A stretch of 64,000 nt of DNA from Tubulanus polymorphus (taxonomy: Eukaryota > Animalia > Nemertea). The notes beneath the pieces are model-generated. The model had not been told where the DNA came from, did no database searches, and saw nothing but the letters and a program-made list of their open reading frames with translations. The position numbers were made by a program, and so were the translations under genes. The stretch's first letter is position 1, and each line of letters begins with the position of its first letter. The stretch lies in the NCBI RefSeq assembly GCF_964204645.1, contig NC_134029.1:434001-498000 (forward strand), read 5' to 3'. Shown here one piece after another: positions 26,243 to 39,888 of this stretch.

Positions 26243-27314
26243 TTCAGAGATGTTTAACGTCGAATACTCTTAATGTACAATGAAAAGGTTATCACACGTA
26301 TAACAGTAAAGTGAGATCGGATATTTTTGATAGCACCTGTTCGGTGAAGTGACAGGACACCTGCATTAGCGATGATTCGATTTCCAATCTCGAATTTCTG
26401 ATTTTATTTTTATATCAGTTTTCTATGAATCTGTAGCTGATTGTACACGTATGTATAATGCGTTTAACGGAGTTAATGTTGTATGACATTTTCTGACTTA
26501 AGTACAAGAGCGACAAGGATTTTGAAATTCTAGTGATAAAATGTCCTAACATATCCTTGCTATTGTTTCTGATGTGATAGTTGCACTGGCGGGATCAGCA
26601 TCAGATCTACTAAACTGTTACTGCAGTGATGAACAGTGTGTCCGGAATGATTTGACACACGGCGCATACGGCAGTCTGTTGATACATACATATAGTTATT
26701 TGAATATTGTACAGTTGGCTCCAGTTAAACCTTTGTAGTAATCGATTACTCCAAAATTTCCATAGGAGAAAGTTTGGGATTGAGTCTAAAAAAACAGAAG
26801 AATTCAGACTTGAGTGTTTTACTAATCGAGTAACTGACCTATTGAGTTTGTTACTGGTCTGCAGTCAGTTTTTTTTCTTAAGTAAGACAGTGTCAAAGAA
26901 CATTTTCGACAACTCGAAGCAAAAGTGTTTCATTATTCATGACTTAGAAAACATAGAATTTATCGATAAAATTGATCTTTTTCATGTATATAATACATAT
27001 ATAAGTTTTTGAATAGAAAATGAATGAGAGATCTCTAAGCACAACGCGCTCATGTGTCATAAGCAGTTAACCTTCATTAACCCTTTGACCCCCTGACAGA
27101 TGTTTTACGTCTAATACTAAAGCGACTCTTCCTTGTAATACATAAATGTTCAATCTTGACTAATTGGTGTCATCTCATATATGTAATGTACAATGCAGAC
27201 AATAGATAGCCAGATCTAAAAACAGTTCTTTATCATCAAAAATGAGTAATTTTCCACCCCAAAAGGATTTTTCGATGGGCTGAAATTGGCACTTCGGGTG
27301 AACCTATTCCTGAA

Positions 27315-27383
27315 GTTGCCTGGATTCGAACCCGGGCCTCCAACATGCCAACAGCGCACGCTAACCGCTAGACCATAGACCGG
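27315..27383 (-). mobile_element. tRNA-derived repeat (SINE-like or pseudo-tRNA)
   Basis: Minus strand A box TGGTCTAGCGG and B box GGTTCGAATCC, with imperfect acceptor and anticodon stems. Diverged relative at 42013-42080. Confidence 0.6.
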
Positions 27384-28793
27384 TGGTGCGGTTTGTCAGT
27401 TTGTCCGGTCAATGAAGGTGACCATTCAGCTATGGAGGCGTTAAGGAGAAATGGTGTGGATCAGTTTCACAGTCGTCGTTTATATTCACATTTTACTTGT
27501 TTAGTTGAAAAGGATCGTACATCGGATCTCGATGTCCGTATCTCGTTCATTAGTTCATGCCCGTGACGTAAGGTGGCTCTACCGGTACCGATACGGATGA
27601 GGGATGACGTCATTGAAGCCGTCAGTTCCCGCGGGAAATTACAGCGTTTGGCTCGATTAGTTGAGGACAAGACGTTAAAGAGCTCTCAACCACTCTAAAC
27701 CGTCTCTCAGTTTTATACACGAGAAATTTATTCATTAGAACCAACGATTGAGACCGGCGCTGTGGGTACTACCGCTGCTGCTGCTGCTGCTGCTGCTGGT
27801 GATGTGCATTTAGTTACTACTGGAATAAATTGTACTCCTAGATTTTTGTAGATCTACTCGTGGTCTAAACAAGATATGTGCATGCATCTATCCTATACCA
27901 GTTAAGGTAAGCCGAAGATTCGACTAAACTTGTGAATATTTGCTTATGTTATTTTCTTTAATTCGAAATAGTTTTTGATAAAACACGATTTTCTAATTGA
28001 AGTTTTCTCTCGTCACACGGAAACAGATTGACTCTTTGTGAAATCCTAACTGATGATATATCATGAGATTGATTGACGGTGAATATCATGAAATCATGAG
28101 ATTATTATTATTGACAGTGGGTTGAGAGTACACGAGTCTGTTAAAGTCTAATAAGGGCAGACACTGAGAGGAGAGTTTGTTATATGAAATAATAAATCAT
28201 TTATGGATAAATTGCTCGTATAAATCATGTATTTGATAATATGACCGGGCAGACATCGTATATTCTCATTGTGTTTTATGCGTTCGATATCCTTTTTAAT
28301 TAATGACCTTTTTGTACTTAATCCGGGAATTCGGTTGTGTTCTAATAACGCTTTCGAGTACAAACTATTTTCAAGGTACCTCCGATTATTCGAACCACGA
28401 AATTAACTATATTTTACATGATAGTCGTATTCTTATCAATCTGTTATTTTGGAATGGTCAAATCTCTGATATTCTATTTGTTGTTGATATTGAAATTGAT
28501 ATTTCAATCGTTTGAACTCGTTTGAAATGATGGATGTTCAAATTTTCCATATTCTACTTTCACATGAATAATTGAAATGTTTCACGGCCGAATGAAAATG
28601 CTCTAAATTACTATAGAACACATTATTCGCTCTAATTTAGGAGAGATTTTCGTTGAGAGGTGGTTTATATTAGTAATAATACACACTGCTAATAATTAAT
28701 GATCATTGATCGATGATCGGATTCTATTTGTCTGTCACAATATTGAGATAATACGATGAACAATGAATTGAATCGAGGGTTACATTGTTTATA

Positions 28794-29068
28794 CACACGG
28801 TGAGGTATATGAGGTGACTGGCGCACACACGGTGAGGTATATGAGGTGACTGGCGCGCACACGGTGAGGTATATGAGGTGACTGGCGCGCACACGGTGAG
28901 GTATATGAGGTGACTGGCGCGCACAAGGTGAGGTATATATATATGAGGTGACTGGCGCGCACACGGTGAGGTATATGAGGTGACTGGCGCGCACAAGGTG
29001 AGGTATATATATATGAGGTGACTGGCGCGCACACGGTGAGGTATATATATATGAGGTGACTGGCACAC
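28794..29068. repeat. 32-bp minisatellite with an internal variable (TA)n, about 8 copies
   Basis: Unit cacacggtgagg(ta)ntgaggtgactggcgcg. Confidence 0.93.
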
Positions 29069-30266
29069 AGGACAGTGATAAATTGGATATTTTCTATTCA
29101 AACTCTGTGTTGATCAATAAAGAGATTGATGAGTCAATTAAAACTAGCGACACAACCAGAACCAGAACCAACCATCGATTCATTCAGCTCATCGCCTAAA
29201 ACTATTTCAACTACGTCCATCGGTAACAGTTGATAAAAGTCGGTTAGTGATATTTTAAAATAGGGATTAACCCTGTTATCTATTTAATTGGTAGATTTCG
29301 TTTGACTGGGTGTCCCTTACAAACCCACTACACCTGCCGGGAGCGAAACAAGGAGTTTCATTCTGAAATCAGTTAGAAACATTAACCAGTGGATAGTTAA
29401 CGGGTTCACTCGGGTTTACTATTATCTTTAACCATTCTTTTAGCAACTTGCCGATGAAATATCAGTTTGATGTATCAGATATATCGACTCATTTTATCAG
29501 ATATATCGAGTGTTAAATACTGATTATAAACTGCGATGTTGCGCGATGTTTATTGATGGTTTTAATGCGTGTCTTGAATTCGTGTAAAAACAAGCTGAAA
29601 ATCATGTAAATTACATGTTTTATGAGTTGCTGTGTATGAGATATATGGAGTACAAGTTAGACCGAGCGATACTGAATTAATCATTACATCAAAAACTAGA
29701 AAAACCGACGCGCCTCTTTGAATATTAATACGTCATTCATTTTCAGATATATATCATGTTTGTGTCCGCAACGACTTTTATTAGACTCAAAATGACACGA
29801 TAGAGATACATTAGCTGCGGAATAACAACATTACATCGGAATAAAACAAAGTCCGAAGTTTCCTTGAGCTTGTCGAGTTAATGCACAACGTATCTTCAGC
29901 ATTCTTGAAGATGACACTATGAATATACACGTATGGTCGAAACGTCGAGATAAAGAAATTAATCTATATTATCGATGAATGAAACTCGTCATGCTGAAAC
30001 AAACACAGTTTATAGTTACTCATCATTTAGAGAAGGTGAAGTTTGTATTGTGAATAAAACAGTTTCATTTCCTCAATCATAGAACTGATCAATTACAACT
30101 GATGATGAAATAAAACTCGTGTTGTTGTTAAATTTCCGGCGGCATCGCGCGATTTTCAACAGTTTAAACCGTAAACGACAACTCGTTTTATAACCGAGTT
30201 TCACTTCTCTTACTCGAATAGGCGTGAAAAATTCATAAATATTCCATCAGCTTCGACAAGAGCATT

Positions 30267-30447
<181 letters not shown>

Positions 30448-31177
30448 TTAACTAACGGGGGTTAGAAATGACGAATCAAATCAGATAGAAGCGTATCATG
30501 CAGAAACTCATGAAAATCAGAAAATCATGATTGAATCAGGCATCACCCCTTACCCCCTATCCCCTCTCCCCACCGTTCACCGCTCATCCCTCGCCCGTAA
30601 CCATTCTACCTCACTCTCTACCCACCACCTCTCAACCCCTCACAGATTCAATTCCGCAACTTTTGATGTTCTTAATCGTCAGAAAACACGACGTAAAATA
30701 AAACGGCAGAAAACAGAAAAGGACAACTACATGTAGAATAAAAATAGTTACATCGCCAGTCTATAACTGGCTTCAGATGATGTCTCTAGTTGTTCTTGTC
30801 ATCAGAAGTAAATAAATGCTAAACTTTTTCCTCTCCCTCTCTCCCCCCTCTCTCTCCCCCTCTCTCCCCCTCTCCCCCCTCTATCTCTGTAAATGTCATG
30901 GTTACATTGATTACCCATTGTAGCGATATGAATTACAGTGTTTGAATTGGCAGTGTTAAACCAGGTAAACAGGACTTCGAACATAGCAATAGACAGAGAG
31001 AGAGAGAGAGAGAGTGAGTCAATAATTAAACCTGGTCTAATCTATAAACATGTTGTATTTATAACACTTCAAATAATGTTAATTGTTGAATAATTCATTA
31101 GCAAGTTTTCCTACAGCTCGAATAGCAGCAGCTCCTTAAACACCACTCATAGTCTCACAGTAGTTACTACTACTACT

Positions 31178-31444
<267 letters not shown>

Positions 31445-31875
31445 ATTTCAATATTTATTGAAACGATTCACATCTCGGGAAAACTCTGCCGAGTCAGAAT
31501 CAATATGGATTCTTTCTGTCATCGTAAATCTTCCGACTTTCGATGTTTGCGAAGGTCAAATATCCGCAAGGATCATCGAAATACAAAGCGTTTAGTTTAA
31601 GAGATGGTGGGAGAAATAGTAGAGAGTGAATCCAGTTAGAAATCTGTTAAAACATCATCTGATAATTCGTCACAATCCTGATAAAAAACTTCTCATATTT
31701 GCATATTTCCAATTCAATTCAAGTCATCACATTACTGAAGTCATCTCTATTTTTGATACTATTTGCTAAGTATAAATCATCATTTGGATAAATATTTAAT
31801 GATCGTCCCAGGTTTTACGATGAATTAGAAGAGTCTGTTCAGTTATAGCCTAGGCGAGTGAGAATTGAGTCCCTG

Positions 31876-32643
31876 GCACTGTGGGGTTCAGCGAATCAGT
31901 CCCTGGCAGCCATTACACAGTGAGGTTCCGCGAGTCAGTCCCTGGCAGCCATTACACTGTGGGGTTCAGCGAGTCAGTCCCTGGCAGCCATTACACTGTG
32001 AGGTTCAGCGAGTCAGTCCCTGGCAGCCATTACACTGTGAGGTTCAGCGAGTCAGTCCCTGGCAGCCATTACACTGTGGGGTTCAGCGAGTCAGTCCCTG
32101 GCAGCCATTACACTGTGAGGTTCAGCGAGTCAGTCCCTGGCAGCCATTACACAGTGAGGTTCCGCGAGTCAGTCCCTGGCAGCCATTACACTGTGAGGTT
32201 CAGCGAGTCAGTCCCTGGCAGCCATTACACTGTGAGGTTCAGCGAGTCAGTCCCTGGCAGCCATTACACTGTGAGGTTCAGCGAGTCAGTCCCTGGCAGC
32301 CATTACACAGTGAGGTTCCGCGAGTCAGTCCCTGGCAGCCATTACACTGTGGGGTTCAGCGAGTCAGTCCCTGGCAGCCATTACACTGTGGGGTTCAGCG
32401 AGTCAGTCCCTGGCAGCCATTACACTGTGAGGTTCCGCGAGTCAGTCCCTGGCAGCCATTACACAGTGAGGTTCCGCGAGTCAGTCCCTGGCAGCCATTA
32501 CACTGTGAGGTTCCGCGAGTCAGTCCCTGGCAGCCATTACACTGTGAGGTTCCGCGAGTCAGTCCCTGGCAGCCATTACACTGTGAGGTTCAGCGAGTCA
32601 GTCCCTGGCAGCCATTACACTGTGAGGTTCAGCGAGTCAGTCA
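31876..32643. repeat. 39-bp minisatellite, about 19-20 copies
   Basis: Unit gagtcagtccctggcagccattacactgtgaggttcagc; source of ORFs 31865..32722 and 31881..32816. Confidence 0.96.
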
Positions 32644-33012
32644 GCGAGAATCATTTATTAAAATATTTCATGCTTCAAGTAGTTTGCAAACTTCTTCACG
32701 TCACTCTCTTCATCATCTATAATAAAACTATGATTTATTCGCTCGAGCTCACGCTCGTCGTATTAATGATATCAGTCACAGACAGAACGCGTTTTAAAAA
32801 GTATACCAACCGTTAGTGGAAGACAGAGCGGAGAATGATAAGAGAGTTGGTAAGGATAAACGGGTAATACGGATGCTGGTGACGCAGCAGTCAGAGATAC
32901 TAACAGCGCGCGGTGATCTCGTCGGGTCAATGGAGTTGATGTGTGAGATGACGATGAATGTTCCTTTATTTTTTCATGCCTTATGAAATTCATGAGAATC
33001 AAGAAGACGCAG

Positions 33013-33356
33013 GACAGACAGAGATAGACAGACATAGATATACAGATCGAGATAGACAGATAGAGATACACAGATCGAGATAGACAGATAGAGATAGATA
33101 GACAGAGATAGACAGACATAGATAGACAGATCGAGATAGACAGATAGAGATAGACAGATCGAGATAGACAGATAGAGATAGATAGACAGAGATAGACAGA
33201 CATAGATAGACAGATCGAGATAGACAGATAGAGATAGACAGACAGACAGAGATAGACAGATAGAGATAGACAGACAGAGATAGACAGATAGAGATAGATA
33301 GATGGAGATAGACAGATAGAGATAGACAGATAGAGATAGATAGACAGATAGATAGA
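33013..33356. repeat. GATA/GACA compound microsatellite
   Basis: Direct reading. Confidence 0.93.
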
Positions 33357-34795
33357 TTCTAAACATTGACATCATGCAATACCGAGTAGTGTAGTGTCTT
33401 ATAGTCAAATTATGCAAACTTTATGTAAAACCCATGTTTTCATATATTTGCATACTGCGATGCGTCGTGTATTTTACTTGGCTTGGAATCAACTTTGTAT
33501 GAATCATCATTTTTGCACAAATTGATAAACAACTGGATTTGAAGGATATATGTTTGTCGAATATTTCTTCTTCAAAATGAATATTATTTCCTCGCATCAG
33601 AAACATTGGATCCCTCAGTTCCCCACTCAGTTTCTCTGCTATGTCGTCTATATATCGATTGTACTGGGTTTCTCCGCTGTGAAGGATTTCAAGTTGATGA
33701 TTTTAAATCCAGCCTCGTGAGAATGTTTTATAATACGAGCGGTTTTTAGTATTTAATGTTAGACGGATTAAGTTCACATTTAAAGTGGTATTAAATTGCC
33801 TGTTACTCATCTACCCCCAGTCATTTCTCGATTAACTCTCAACAATCTGAGTCAGTTATGTTATCAATATAATTATTATGGATTTATGATATTTATTGTG
33901 ATAGCTTAGATTCAAACCCCTCCAATTTCAACTTAGTTCTATAACCAATCTAACATCTTAAGATCAGTTTTAAGATTGAAGACCGCTTTTGAGTTTTGAC
34001 TATACATCTGGGTTCTGGTCTAACTGTGAAAAAAATCGATTCATACAAAATTTGAGACGTTTTCATAATCTGATAATTGGATGAAATTTCACAGGAATCT
34101 TCAATAATTCAAATCTTATCCTTATCTTTCCCGATGAATGCGTGTGACTGCTTGCTTCATACGTGTAACTGGATGCCTGAGTACAGTTTGTATACAGTAT
34201 GAAGTCATCGCTATGGATTTTCGAAAGAGCAAACCAGCTAGGATTGATGTTATCCGTGTAATAGTGTTACCTTAGACGAAAAACCGTCAGGGAAACACGA
34301 GATCTCCTCTCAGCCTAGAACTATTGATAAAATATCGATCCTTATAAAACATGGAATATAATATGATAGGATGGATTCAGGGGCGGGGGGGGGGTGAGTG
34401 GGGGAGTGAGGGGGGAGATTACGAGTGATCTCGGTATGAGAGATAATGGAGGGATAACAGGATCGGGGCGGGTGTACAAGTCACTAGTCACATTCCGATA
34501 ATGACAGAATTGCATCAGTTTCAACTGATGCAATTCCACAAACAGTTCACTAGATATTTTACTAGTAAAAGTTCTTTGTGTTTTCAGAAAATATAAATGT
34601 ATATATAATTCAGTTATATTTATAATTCAAGCAACAGTTCATAAATCGAAGTGAATTGTGTTAAAATTCTGAGGAATTGATTTTCACTTTGTCTTCGACA
34701 ATAAATTCAGACAATTTCACCTTACACAAATCTTAATAGATACAATAAATAAGGCTTGATTAATATCGATGTGGAAACCTGTTTATTTTGTTCAT

Positions 34796-35749
34796 ATGAT
34801 CATGAATTCTACTCAGATGCAGATTGGTCTCGCGTACAACAGTAACTTGTTACTTATGTCTATAGTGAATAAGTCTGGAATCTACCGTTCTGTATCTATG
34901 GTCATTCTGATCATTTTGTTCCTGTTAGGAGCCTTCGGAAATTCAGCTACTTTCCTGATAATGATAAGTCGCAGATTCCGCATTTTATCTTACGCTTACT
35001 ATCTGATCGTTTTATCAGTCAGTGATCTCACGTTTTGTATCAATTATACACTGATGCCTGTTTTACAGTTTGTTCTCTTGCATCTAAACATCGGTCCAAC
35101 ATTCATGATGAATTCACTGATCAATTGTCAAATCTACGAATTGGTGACAGGTTGTATGGGAGCCAATAGTTCGTGGTTAATAGTAGCGATATCTCTAGAA
35201 CGTGCGGCAGTTGTTCTCTTCCCGTTCACATCTCGTTTGATATGTACACCCAGATTTGCCCGCTGCACCATTGCGATTATTTTTGTAATAAATGCATTTG
35301 TAATTGGTGTTTATGCAGCAGTGATTATGAAGTTTTCTAAAAGTATCGGATGTTACTATGAGATATTTGATCAATTCATGCTTTTTGCCATATATGTTGG
35401 CCACGTTTATTTTCTACCTTTATCCCTGATAATTACATCAAATTCTGTTATAATAGTCCAGTTATTCAAAGGTTCAAAAATAGTTTCGTCCGATCAGAAA
35501 ACTACAAAATCAAAACGTACAACAATAATGCTTGTGACAGTTTCACTCGCATTTGCAATATTTACAGTTCCATCCTCTATTTCTGTATTATTACCAATCT
35601 CACCAAAACAGAAAGAATTTTTCTATGAAATATTCTATCAGTTCCAGGTTTCTAACTATGTGGTAAATTTCTACATATATCTTTTACTAGGACGAGAAAT
35701 TCGAGAATATTTTTACATGAAAATCCACTGTAGAAATTCAGAGAAATAA
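34796..35749 (+). CDS. Rhodopsin-family 7TM GPCR, chemoreceptor-like (FMRFamide-receptor/GPR139-like lineage-expanded type), copy 1
   Basis: Intronless ORF of 317 aa from the Met shared with the paralogs. Seven hydrophobic segments, with GN in TM1, LS-SD in TM2, TM3 Cys, SLERA (DRY variant) and NFYIY (NPxxY variant). AATAAA at 35771. Confidence 0.9.
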   Translation: MIMNSTQMQIGLAYNSNLLLMSIVNKSGIYRSVSMVILIILFLLGAFGNSATFLIMISRRFRILSYAYYLIVLSVSDLTFCINYTLMPVLQFVLLHLNIGPTFMMNSLINCQIYELVTGCMGANSSWLIVAISLERAAVVLFPFTSRLICTPRFARCTIAIIFVINAFVIGVYAAVIMKFSKSIGCYYEIFDQFMLFAIYVGHVYFLPLSLIITSNSVIIVQLFKGSKIVSSDQKTTKSKRTTIMLVTVSLAFAIFTVPSSISVLLPISPKQKEFFYEIFYQFQVSNYVVNFYIYLLLGREIREYFYMKIHCRNSEK

Positions 35750-36577
35750 ACTTTAATTGTATCAGTTACAAATAAACGATGAAAACTATAGACATTTTGT
35801 GTGTAGTACATTTATTGTAAAGATTGATCCTCACGAATTGTTGTATGTTTACAGTTAGTGAGTCGTTTAATGTGGTTACCAAAAATAAATAACTTACTAA
35901 ATGAAATACAATGTTTACTATAACATAACCTTGATATTGTCAAATTTCTCACCAAGAACTTCAATAATTCTAATCTTATCCTCATCGTTCCCGATAGACT
36001 TTGGGAATTGGATCGAGGGATTACGAGTGATCTCGGTATCGAAGGGATAATGGAAGGAAGGGCAACAGGATCGGGGCGGGAGATATTAACTCTACGCCAT
36101 CTCCTCAACTTTAAAGCATCATCCTTGACGTGACGTCACAAAGCGCGTCATAATGACCGTCAAGTACAAGTGGCTAGCTGAAGTTCATAGTTACATTCGC
36201 CGGCCAATCTGATGTGTATGTGAACTGTTCATGTTTGACGTCCTGTGAATAAGGCCTATAGTCCCCGACCGTCAGACAATCCACGTTCAGTTCAGTGGAC
36301 ATTTTACGAGTAAAAGTTATTTTTGTTTTCAGAAAATATAAATGTATACATAATTGAGTTACATCTATATCTTACACATTACACATTAAACAAATCGGAG
36401 TGAATTGTGTTAAATTTCTGAGGAATTGATTTTCATTTTGTCTTCAACAATAAATTATAAGTTCAGACAATTTCATCTCTAACAAATGTTGAATAGATAC
36501 AATAAATAAGACTTGATTAATATTGATGACGATATATTTTCAAATTCAATTCCAAACAGGAGAGCTGCTGTTTTCAT

Positions 36578-37531
36578 ATGATCATGAATTCTACTCAGAT
36601 GCAGATTGATCCTTCTTACAACAGTTACTTATTACTCATGTCCGTCGAGAGCAAGTCTGGAATCTACCGTTCTGTATCTATGGTCATTCTGATCATCTTC
36701 TTTCTCCTAGGAGCCTTTGGAAATTCAGCTACTTTCCTGATAATGATAAGTCGCAGATTCCGCAGTTTATCTTACGCTAACTATCTGATCGTTTTATCTC
36801 TCAGTGACTTTGTGTTTTGTATCAGTTTTACACTGATGCCTGTTTTACAGTTTGTTCTCTTGCGTCTTAACACCGGTCCTATATTCATCATGAAGTCAGT
36901 TATCAGTTGCCAAATCTATGATTTTGTGATGTTAACTGTGGCATCTACCAGTTCGTGGTTAATAGTAGCGATATCTCTAGAACGTGCGGCAGTTGTTCTC
37001 TTCCCGTTCACATCTCGTTTGATATGTACACCGACATTCGCTCGAAGTGTCATTGTTATTATTTCTACTATAAATGCATCACTAATTGGTATTCCCCCAA
37101 TCGTAATGATACATTTTTCTGACCAGTTCGTGTGCTATTATGAATTATATCAACAAGTTATATTTTTCAAGCTAATTGTTGTCTACGTTTATTTTCTACC
37201 TTTATCTTTGATTATAACATCAAATACGGTTATAATAATTCAATTATTCAGAGGTTCAAAAATAGTTTCGTCCGATCAGAAAACAGCAAAATCAAAACGT
37301 ACAACAATAATGCTTGTAACAGTTTCGCTCTCATTTGCGACATTTACGCTTCCTTCATCTCTAGCTGTATTCCTTCCAATCTCAATTGAGCTGAGGGAAT
37401 TTCTCTATCAACTATTCCATCAGTTCCAAATGTGTAATTATGTGGTTAATTTTTACATATATCTTTTACTGGGACGAGAAATTCGTGAATATTTCTGTAT
37501 GAAAATCCGCTGTAGAAATTCAGTGAAATAA
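36578..37531 (+). CDS. Rhodopsin-family chemoreceptor-like GPCR, copy 2
   Basis: 317-aa intronless paralog with the same motifs, in a tandem duplication unit. Confidence 0.92.
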   Translation: MIMNSTQMQIDPSYNSYLLLMSVESKSGIYRSVSMVILIIFFLLGAFGNSATFLIMISRRFRSLSYANYLIVLSLSDFVFCISFTLMPVLQFVLLRLNTGPIFIMKSVISCQIYDFVMLTVASTSSWLIVAISLERAAVVLFPFTSRLICTPTFARSVIVIISTINASLIGIPPIVMIHFSDQFVCYYELYQQVIFFKLIVVYVYFLPLSLIITSNTVIIIQLFRGSKIVSSDQKTAKSKRTTIMLVTVSLSFATFTLPSSLAVFLPISIELREFLYQLFHQFQMCNYVVNFYIYLLLGREIREYFCMKIRCRNSVK

Positions 37532-38540
37532 ACTTCAATTGTATCAGTTACAAATAAACGATGGCAACTATAGACATTTTGTGTGTAATACATTTATTGT
37601 AAAGATTTATCTTTACAAATTGTTGTATGTTTACTGTTAGTGAGTCGTTTAATGATAAAAAATAAATAACTTACTAAATGAAATACAATGTTTACTAATA
37701 ACAAAACCTTGATATTGTCAAATTTCTCACCAAGAACTTCAATAATTCTAATCTTATCCTCATCGTTCCCGATAGACTTTGGGAATTGGATCGTGAATAC
37801 CGCCCATAAAATGTAAGATGTCGTTGGTATAGATTTTTATAGAGACCTAGGATTAATGTTATCCGTATAATAGTGTTACCTAAGACGAAAAACCGGCAGG
37901 GTAACATGAGAGATCTGCAGTGTTTCCTCTCAGCCTCGCTCTGATAACACCTTTGATGAAATATCGATCCTGATATCACATGAAACATGGAATAGAATAT
38001 GATAGGATGAATTCGGGGGGTGAGTGGGGGGAAGAGGGTGGAGGGATTACGAGTGATCTCGGTATCGAAGGGATAATGGAAGGAAGGGCAACAGGATCGG
38101 GGCGGGAGATATTAACTCTACGCCATCTCTTCACCTTTAAAGCATCATCCTTGACGTGACGTCACAAAGCGCGTCATAATGACCGTCAAGTACAAGTGGC
38201 TAGCTGAAGTTCATAGTTACATTCGCCGGCCAATCTGATGTGTATGTGAACTGTTCATGTTTGACGTCCTGTGAATAAGGCCTATAGTCCCCGACCGTCA
38301 GACAATCCACGTTCAGTTCAGTGGACATTTTACGAGTAAAAGTTATTTTTGTTTTCAGAAAATATAAATGTATACATAATTGAGTTACATCTATATCTTA
38401 CACATTACACATTAAACAAATCGGAGTGAATTGTGGTAAATTTCTGAGGAATTGATTTTCATTTTGTCTTCAGACAATTTCATCTCTTACAAATAAGACT
38501 TGATTGAAATCGGATGTGGTGAGCTGTTTATTTTGTTCAT

Positions 38541-39494
38541 ATGATCATGAATTCTACTCAGATGCAGATTGGTCCCGCGTACAACAGTTACTTATTACTC
38601 ATGTCTGTGGAGAACAGGTCTGGAATCTACCGAACTGTATCTATGGTCATTCTAGTCATCTCCTTTCTGTTAGGAGCCTTCGGAAATTTGGCTACTTTCC
38701 TGATAATGCTAAGTCGTAGATTCCGCAGTTTATCTTACGCTAACTATCTGATCGCTTTGTCTATCAGTGATTTGATGGTTTGTATCAGTTTTACACTGAT
38801 GCCTGTTTTACAGTTTGTTCTCTTGCATCTAAACATCGGTCCAATGTTCATGATAAATTCACTGATCAGTTGTCAAATCTATGAGGCTCTGACGAATTCT
38901 ATGGGTTCCAATAGTGCGTGGTTAATAGTAGCGATATCTCTAGAACGTGCGGCAGTTGTTCTCTTCCCGTTCACATCTCGTTTGATATGTACACCGACAT
39001 TCGCTCGAAGCGTCATCGTTTTTATTTTCATTATAAGTACATTGCTAATTGGTATTCCCTCAATAGTATTGATACACCTTTCTGGCCAGTTTGTGTCTTA
39101 TTGTAAAATATTTCACCAACTTAGATTTTTCACCTTTTTAGTTGCCTTCATATATTTTCTACCTTTATCGTTGGTTATTACATCAAATTCTATAATAATA
39201 ATTCAATTATTCAGAGGTTCAAAAATAGTTTCGTCCGATCAGAAAACTGCAAAATCAAAACGTACGACAATAATGCTTGTGACAGTTTCACTCGCATTTG
39301 CAACATTTACATTACCAACTTCTATCACTACATATTTACCAATCTCAATTGAACTGAAGGAATTTCTCTTTGAAATATTCTATCAGTTTCAAGTTTCTAA
39401 TTATACGGTTAATTTCTACATATATCTCTTACTAGGACGAGAAATTCGTGAATTTTTCTGTATGAAAATCCGCTGTAGAAATTCAGTGAAATAA
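38541..39494 (+). CDS. Rhodopsin-family chemoreceptor-like GPCR, copy 3
   Basis: 317-aa intronless paralog with the same motifs. Confidence 0.92.
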   Translation: MIMNSTQMQIGPAYNSYLLLMSVENRSGIYRTVSMVILVISFLLGAFGNLATFLIMLSRRFRSLSYANYLIALSISDLMVCISFTLMPVLQFVLLHLNIGPMFMINSLISCQIYEALTNSMGSNSAWLIVAISLERAAVVLFPFTSRLICTPTFARSVIVFIFIISTLLIGIPSIVLIHLSGQFVSYCKIFHQLRFFTFLVAFIYFLPLSLVITSNSIIIIQLFRGSKIVSSDQKTAKSKRTTIMLVTVSLAFATFTLPTSITTYLPISIELKEFLFEIFYQFQVSNYTVNFYIYLLLGREIREFFCMKIRCRNSVK

Positions 39495-39888
39495 ACTTCA
39501 ATTGTATCAGTTACAAATAAACGATGGCAACTATAGACATTTTGTGTGCAGTACATTTATCGTAAAGATTGATCTTTACAAATTGTTGTATGTTTACTGT
39601 TAGTGAGTGGTTTAATGTAGTAACTACACTAAATAACGGTAAATTTACTAAATGAAATACGTTGTTTACTTGTAGTTTCGTTTATCCATGACCTAGTTTT
39701 GTTGTGGGTGATCCCGTTTTTCATCGACATACGGTCACCGGCCACGAGTGACCAGTGACCATAACGAGCCCAGTCAGCAAATCCTGATGATACTCGACGG
39801 TGCGACAAGTTGAACAGTTTTATGGGTATCACGAGGTGATCCATTAAACAAACTCTACAAACTCGTTAAAGAATTTAGTATAACTTAC

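Noticed and set aside
31865-32816. 285- and 311-aa repetitive ORFs as a structural repeat protein
   Set aside because: Open only because the 39-bp unit is a multiple of 3; non-ATG starts, two frames equally open, no signal peptide or convincing splice sites.
33421-33680. Minus-strand open frame ending IYENMGFT* as terminal exon of the iGluR fragment
   Set aside because: A phase-compatible acceptor exists, but there is no WW motif or M4 helix and no recognisable homology.
34769-34795. Upstream ATG extending GPCR copy 1 to 326 aa
   Set aside because: Not conserved in frame in copies 2 and 3; the shared Met at 34796 is preferred.
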